Shown one piece after another: positions 57,901-64,000 of a stretch of 64,000 bases of DNA; positions within the stretch are counted from its first letter, which is position 1; every line of letters begins with the position of its first letter. Source of the stretch: the human T2T-CHM13v2.0 reference genome, Homo sapiens; the NCBI RefSeq assembly GCF_009914755.1, contig NC_060948.1, one strand, 5' to 3'. Made by a program: the position numbers and the translations under genes. The notes below the pieces were generated by a model. It saw only the letters and a program-made list of their open reading frames with translations, was not told where the DNA came from and searched no databases.

Positions 57901-60900
57901 ATTGACTCCAATGGAATGGAATCGAATGGAATGGAAGTGAATAGAATCGAACTAAATCGAATGGAATGGAATTGATAGGAACGGAATGGAAAGGAATGCA
58001 ATGATTTGGCATGGAATGGAATCGAATGGCATCGAATGGAATGGAATGGAATGCAATGGAATGGAATGTATTAGAATGTAATGAACTTTAATGGAATGTA
58101 CTCGAATGGATTCGACTGGAATGGAATGTTCTGGAAGTGAATGGACTCCAATGGAATGGATTCAAAAGGAATGGAATCGTACGGAATGGAATCTAATGGA
58201 ATGGAATTAAATGGAAATGAATCAAATTGAATAGCACGGAATTGAATTGAATGGAATGGAATGCAATGGAATCTAATGAAACGGAAAGGAAAGGAATGGA
58301 ATGGAATGGAATGGGCTGGAATGGAAAGGAATCGAAACGAATGGAATGGAATCGAACTGAAGAGACTGGAATGGAATGCACTGGAATGGAAGGGAGTGTA
58401 ATGGAAGGTTCTCGAAAAAAATGGAATCGAATGGAATGGAATTGAATGGAACGGAATAGAGTCGAATGGAATTGAATGGAATGGAATGGACTAGAGTGAA
58501 ATGGAATCGAACCACAAGGAATGGACAGGAATAGAATGGTCTCGAATTGAATGGAATCGTATGGAATGGCATCAAACGGAATGGAATGGACAGCCACGGA
58601 ATGGAATGCACTCGAATGCAATGGAGTCGAAACTAATGGACTGGAATAGAATGGACTCGACTGGTACGGACTCCAATGGAAGGGAATCGAATGGAAGGGA
58701 ATCGAACGGAATGGACTCGAAGGGAAAAGACTGCAATGGAAAGGTCTCGAATGGAATGGAAATTAATGGAATGGAATGGAATCGAATGAAATGGAGTCAA
58801 AAGGAATGGAATCGAATGGCAAGAAATCGAATGTAATGGAATCGCAAGGAATTGATGTGAACGGAACGGAATGGAATGGAATCCAAAGGAATGGAATAGA
58901 ATGGAATGGAATCGAATGGAAAGGACTCGAATGGAAATCACTCGAATAGAATGCAATTTAATAAAATAGGATCAAATGTAATGGAATGGAATGGAAAGGA
59001 ATCGAAACGAAAGGAATGGAGACAGATGGAATGGAATAGAACAGAGAGCAATGGTATAGAATGGAAAGGAATCATCTGGAATGGAATTGAATGGAATGGA
59101 ATAATATGAAATGGAATGGAATGGAATGGAATGGAATGGAATGCCCTTGAATTAAATGGACTGGAATGGAATGGACTCGAACAGAGTGGAATGGAAAGTG
59201 TTGAGATAGAATGGAATGGACTCGTTTGGAATGGTCTAGTATGCAATGCAATCGACTGGCAGGGAATCAAAAGGAATGTAATCGAATGGATTGGACTGGA
59301 ATGCAATGGACTCGAATAGATTGCAAACGGAATGCAAAGGAATGGAATGGAATAGTATGGAATGGAATGGAAAGGAATGGAGTGGAATAGACTAGACTGG
59401 AATGGAATGGACTGGAAAGCAATGGACTGGAATGGAACTTTCTTGAATGGACTGGAATCAAACGGAATGGAATGCAATGCAATCAAATGGCATGGAATAA
59501 AATAGAATGAAAGAGAATCAAATGGAATTGAATCGAATGGAATCGAATGGATTGGAAAGGAATAGAATGGAATGGAATGGAATGGACTAGAATGGAATGG
59601 ATTCGAATGGAAGGCAAAGGAATGGAATCTATTGGAATGGACTGTAATGGAATGGAATGGAAGGGATTGGAATGGACTCGAATGGAATGGACTGCAATAG
59701 AAAGGATTCGAATGGAATGAAAAAGAATTGAATGGAATAGAACAGAATGGAATCAAATCGAATGAAATGGAATGGAATAGAAAGGAATGGAATGAAATGG
59801 AATGGAAAGGATTCGAATGGAATGCAATCGAATGGAATGGAATCGAACGGAATGGAATAAAATGGAAGAAAACTGGCAAGAAATGGAATCGAAATGAATG
59901 GAGTGTTATGGAACGGACTCAAAAGGAATTGAATGTAATAGAATGGAGTGGAGTGGACTCGAATATAATGGACTGGAATGGAATGAAATCACATGGAATG
60001 GGAACGAATGGAATGGAATGGAAAGGAATGGAATCGAATGGAAAGGAATCGAATGGAAGGGAATGAAATTGAATCAACAGGAATGGAAGGGAATAGAATA
60101 GACGGTAATGGAATGGAATCGAATAGAATGGACACGAATGCTCAAATGGAATGGACTCGAATGGAATGGAAACGAAAGGAATGTCATTGAATGGAATTGA
60201 ATCGATTGGAATGAAATCGCATAGAATGGAGTGGAATCAAATGGAATTGAATCGAAAGGAAAGGAAGCGAATGGACTGAAATGAAATGGAATGGAATTGA
60301 ATGGAAAGTAATGCAATGGAATAGAATGGAACGAAATTTCACGGAATGGAATCAAACTGAATGGAATCAAATCAATGGAATCCAATCAAATGGAATGGAG
60401 TAGATTGGATTGGATGGGATTGGAATGAAATGTACTGGAAAGGGCTCGAATTTCATGAAACGGAATGGAATGAATTGGAACGGAATGGACTCGAATGGAA
60501 TGGAATGTCATAGAATGGCATCAAATGGAATGGCATCAAATGGAATGGAATCGAATGCAATGGAATGCTATGGAATGGAATGGAATGCATTGGAATGGAA
60601 TGTCCTCTAATGGAATGGATTCGAGTGGAATGGAATCGAATATAATGGAGTCGAATGAAATGGAATTGAAAGGAATGGGATCGAATACAATGGAATATAC
60701 TGGAATGTAATGTAATGAACTCGAATGTAATTGACTGGAATGGAATGTACATGAATGGAATGTAATCGAATGGAAAGTAATCCAATGGAATAGAATCTAA
60801 TGCAATAAAATCGACTCAGATAGAGTAGAATGTAATGGAATGGAGTGCAGTGCAATGGAATGGAATGGAATGGAATGCAATGGAATGGAATGGAATGGAA

Positions 60901-61301
60901 TGGAATGGAATGGAATGGAATGGAATGGAATGGAATGGGATGGAATGGTATGGAATGGATGGTAATGGACTGGAGTGAAATGGACTGGAAAGGAATGGAC
61001 TCAAATTGAAAGGGCTGGAAAGGAATGGAGTCAAATGGAATGGTCTGGAATGGAATGAACACGAAAGTAATGCAATCCAATAGAATGGAATCGAATGGCA
61101 TGGAATATAATGAAATGGAATCGAAGAGAATGGAAACAAATGGAATGGAATTGAATGGAATGGAATTGAATGGAATGGGAACGAATGGAGTGAAATTGTA
61201 TGCAGTAGAAGGGAATAGAATGGAATGCAAGCGAAAGGAAAGGAATGGATTGGAAAGGAATGGAATTCATTGGAATGGAAGGGAATGTAGTGTAATGGAC
61301 A
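39919..61301 (+). repeat. Six consecutive full-length DYZ1 units (3564, 3564, 3578, 3544, 3579, 3554 bp)
   Basis: GGCC anchors at 39919, 43483, 47047, 50625, 54169, 57748 and 61302. Confidence 0.93.
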
Positions 61302-64000
61302 GGCCTGGAATAAAGTGGAATGCTACGGTCTCGAATGGAATAAAAATGTATGGAATGGAATGCAATGAAACGGAATCGAATGTCATAGAATGTAATGGAA
61401 TGCAAAAAACTGGAATCCAAAATCATTGACTGGAAAGGCTGGGTGTCGAAAGGAATTGACTCCAATGGAATGGAATCGAATGGAATGGAAGTGAATAGAA
61501 TCGAACTAAATCGAATGGAATGGAATTGATAGGAACGGAATGGAAAGGAATGCAATGATTTGGCACGGAATGGAATCGAATGGCATCGAACGGAATGGAA
61601 TGGAATGCAATTGAATGGAACGTATTAGAATGTAATGAACTTTAATGGAATGTACTCGAATGGATTCGACTGTAATGGAATGTTGTGGAAGTGAATGGAC
61701 TCCAATGGAATGGATTCAAAAGGAATGGAATCGTACGGAATGGAATCTAATGGAATGGAATTAAATGGAAATGAATCAAATTGAATAGCATGGAATTGAA
61801 TTGAATGGAATCGAATGCAATGGAATCTAATGAAACGGAAAGGAAAGGAATGGAATGGAATGGAATGGGCTGGAATGGAAAGGAATCGAAACGAATGGAA
61901 TGGAATCGAACTGAAGAGACTGGAATGGAATGCACTGGAATGGAAGGGAGTGTAATGGAAGGTTCTCGAAAAAAATGGAATCGAATGGAATGGAATTGAA
62001 TGGAACGGAATAGAGTCAAATGGAATTGAATGGAATGGAATGGACTAGAGTGAAATGGAATCGAACCACAAGGAATGGACAGGAATAGAATGGTCTCGAA
62101 TTGAATGGAATCGTATGGAATGGCATCAAACGGAATGGAATGGACAGCCACGGAATGGAATGCACTCGAATGCAATGGAGTCGAAACTAATGGACTGGAA
62201 TAGAATGAATTCGACTGGTACGGACTCCAATGGAATGGAATCGAATGGAAGGGAATCGAACGGAATGGACTCGAAGGGAAAAGACTGCAATGGAAAGGTC
62301 TCGAATGGAATGGAAATTAATGGAATGGAATGGAATCGAATGAAATGGAGTCAAAAGTAATGGAATCGAATGGCAAGAAATCGAATGTAATGGAATCGCA
62401 AGGAATTGATGTGAACGGAACGGAATGGAATGGAATCCAAAGGAATGGAATAGAATGGAATGGAATCGAATGGAAAGGACTCGAATGGAAATCACTCGAA
62501 TAGAATGCAATTTAATAAAATAGGATCAAATGTAATGGAATGGAATGGAAAGGAATCGAAACGAAAGGAATGGAGACAGATGGAATGGAATGGAACAGAG
62601 AGCAATGGTATAGAATGGAATGGAATCATCAGGAATGGAATTGAATGGAATGGAATAATATGAAATGGAATGGAATGGAATGGAATGGAATGCCCTTGAA
62701 TTAAATGGACTGGAATGGAATGGACTCGAACAGAGTGGAATGGAAAGTGTTGAGATAGAATGGAATGGACTCGTTTGGAATGGTCTAGTATGCAATGCAA
62801 TCGACTGGCAGGGAATCAAAAGGAATGTAATGGAATGGATTGGACTGGAATGCAATGGACTCGAATAGATTGGAAACGGAATGCAAAGGAATGGAATGGA
62901 ATAGTATGGAATGGAATGGAAAGGAATGGAGTGGAATAGACTAGAGTGGAATGGAATGGACTGGAAAGCAATAGACTGGAATGGAACTTTCTTGAATGGA
63001 CTGGAATCAAACGGAATGGAATGCAATGCAATCAAATGGCATGGAATAAAATAGAATGAAAGAGAATCAAATGGAATTGAATCGAATGGAATCGAATGGA
63101 TTGGAAAGGAATAGAATGGAATGGAATGGAATTGACTCAAATGGAATGGACTAGAATGGAATGGATTCGAATGGAAGGCAAAGGAATGGAATCTATTGGA
63201 ATGGACTGGAATGGAATGGAAGGGATTGGAATGGACTCGAATGGAATGGACTGCAATAGAAAGGATTCGAATGGAATGAAAAAGAATTGAATGGAATAGA
63301 ACAGAATGGAATCAAATCGAATGAAATGGAATGGAATAGAAAGGAATGGAATGAAATGGAATGGAAAGGATTCGAATGGAATGCAATCGAATGGAATGGA
63401 ATCGAACGGAATGGAATAAAATGGAAGAAAACTGGCAAGAAATGGAATCGAAATGAATGGAGTGTTATGGAACGGACTCAAAAGGAATTGAATGTAATAG
63501 AATGGAGTGGAGTGGACTCGAATATAATGGACTGGAATGGAATGAAATCACATGGAATGGGAACGAATGGAATGGAATGGAAAGGAATGGAATCGAATGG
63601 AAAGGAATCGAATGGAAGGGAATGAAATTGAATCAACAGGAATGGAAGGGAATAGAATAGACGGTAATGGAATGGACTCGAATTGAATGGACACGAATGC
63701 TCAAATTGAATGGACAAGAATGGAATGGAAACGAAAGGAATGTCATCGAATGGAATTGAATCGATTGGAATGAAATCGCATAGAATGGAGTGGAATCAAA
63801 TGGAATTGAATCGAAAGGAAAGGAAGCGAATGGACTGAAATGAAATGGAATGGAATTGAATGGAAAGTAATGCAATGGAATAGAATGGAACGAAATTTCA
63901 CGGAATGGAATCAAACTGAATGGAATCAAATCAATGGAATCTAATCAAATGGAATGGAAAGGAATTGAATGGAGTAGATTGGATTGGATGGGATTGGAAT
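61302..64000 (+). repeat. Partial DYZ1 unit running off the window end (1-1615 is likewise the tail of a unit)
   Basis: The landmark order is the same as in the other units, truncated by the window edge. Confidence 0.9.

Larger units (their letters stand above)
1..64000 (+). repeat. DYZ1: Human satellite 3 (GGAAT)n array, DYZ1-type (Yq12 heterochromatin), ~3.56 kb tandem unit
   Basis: Seen: continuous diverged GGAAT pentamers (variants CGAAT, GCAAT, TGAAT, GGACT, AGAAT) with the purine-rich strand on +. Landmarks such as GGACAGGCCTGG, GGCTGGGTGTCG, ACTCAGATAGAG and GCCCTTGAATT recur with a ~3.56 kb period, and I found one HaeIII site per unit. Established: DYZ1 is the Y-specific HSat3 with a ~3.56 kb HaeIII unit (the classical 3.4 kb male band). 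The Y assignment is inferred from unit size and structure, not from an alignment. Confidence 0.95.

Noticed and set aside
37-63929. Hundreds of 60-313 aa ORFs (MEWNG... on +, FHSIP... on -), including the 305 aa ORFs at 6399-7316, 13526-14443 and similar
   Set aside because: These are translations of the GGAAT/ATTCC pentamer, which has no stop codon in any frame. They are low complexity, overlap in all frames, and are broken at random between units. There is no evidence of coding function.
1-64000. CRISPR-like or prokaryotic repeat/defence system
   Set aside because: There is no constant repeat with unique spacers and no cas-like or other real genes. The non-consensus segments recur identically in each unit.
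1-64000. Inversion, DYZ2/HSat1B block, or Alu/L1 insertion
   Set aside because: I saw no switch to ATTCC on the + strand, no AT-rich DYZ2-like sequence, no poly(A) tail and no non-satellite segment.
1-64000. HSat2 or telomeric repeat assignment
   Set aside because: The short HSat2-type CATTCGAT-based period and TTAGGG repeats are absent. A dominant GGAAT with a 3.56 kb HaeIII unit fits HSat3/DYZ1.

Overview
The whole 64 kb window is one uninterrupted, single-orientation block of diverged (GGAAT)n/(ATTCC)n human satellite 3. It is organised as a ~3.56 kb tandem unit with one GGCC (HaeIII, inside AGGCCT) site per unit, which matches the DYZ1 (HSat3) array of human Yq12 heterochromatin. I count 19 GGCC anchors (1616, 5175, 8734, 12302, 15856, 19410, 22979, 25040, 28629, 30690, 34269, 36330, 39919, 43483, 47047, 50625, 54169, 57748, 61302). 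Fifteen intervals are 3544-3589 bp and three are exactly 2061 bp. The three short units share one ~1.5 kb microhomology-flanked deletion and alternate with full-length units, forming a three-copy ~5.65 kb higher-order repeat at about 23-40 kb. A recent single-unit tandem duplication follows it. Shared variants also suggest a 3-unit (10,677 bp) periodicity and gene conversion. I see no genes, RNA genes, transposons or inversions; all predicted ORFs are translations of the pentamer repeat. The interesting content is satellite structure and evolution, not a new gene system. All coordinates and variants were read by eye and should be confirmed by alignment.
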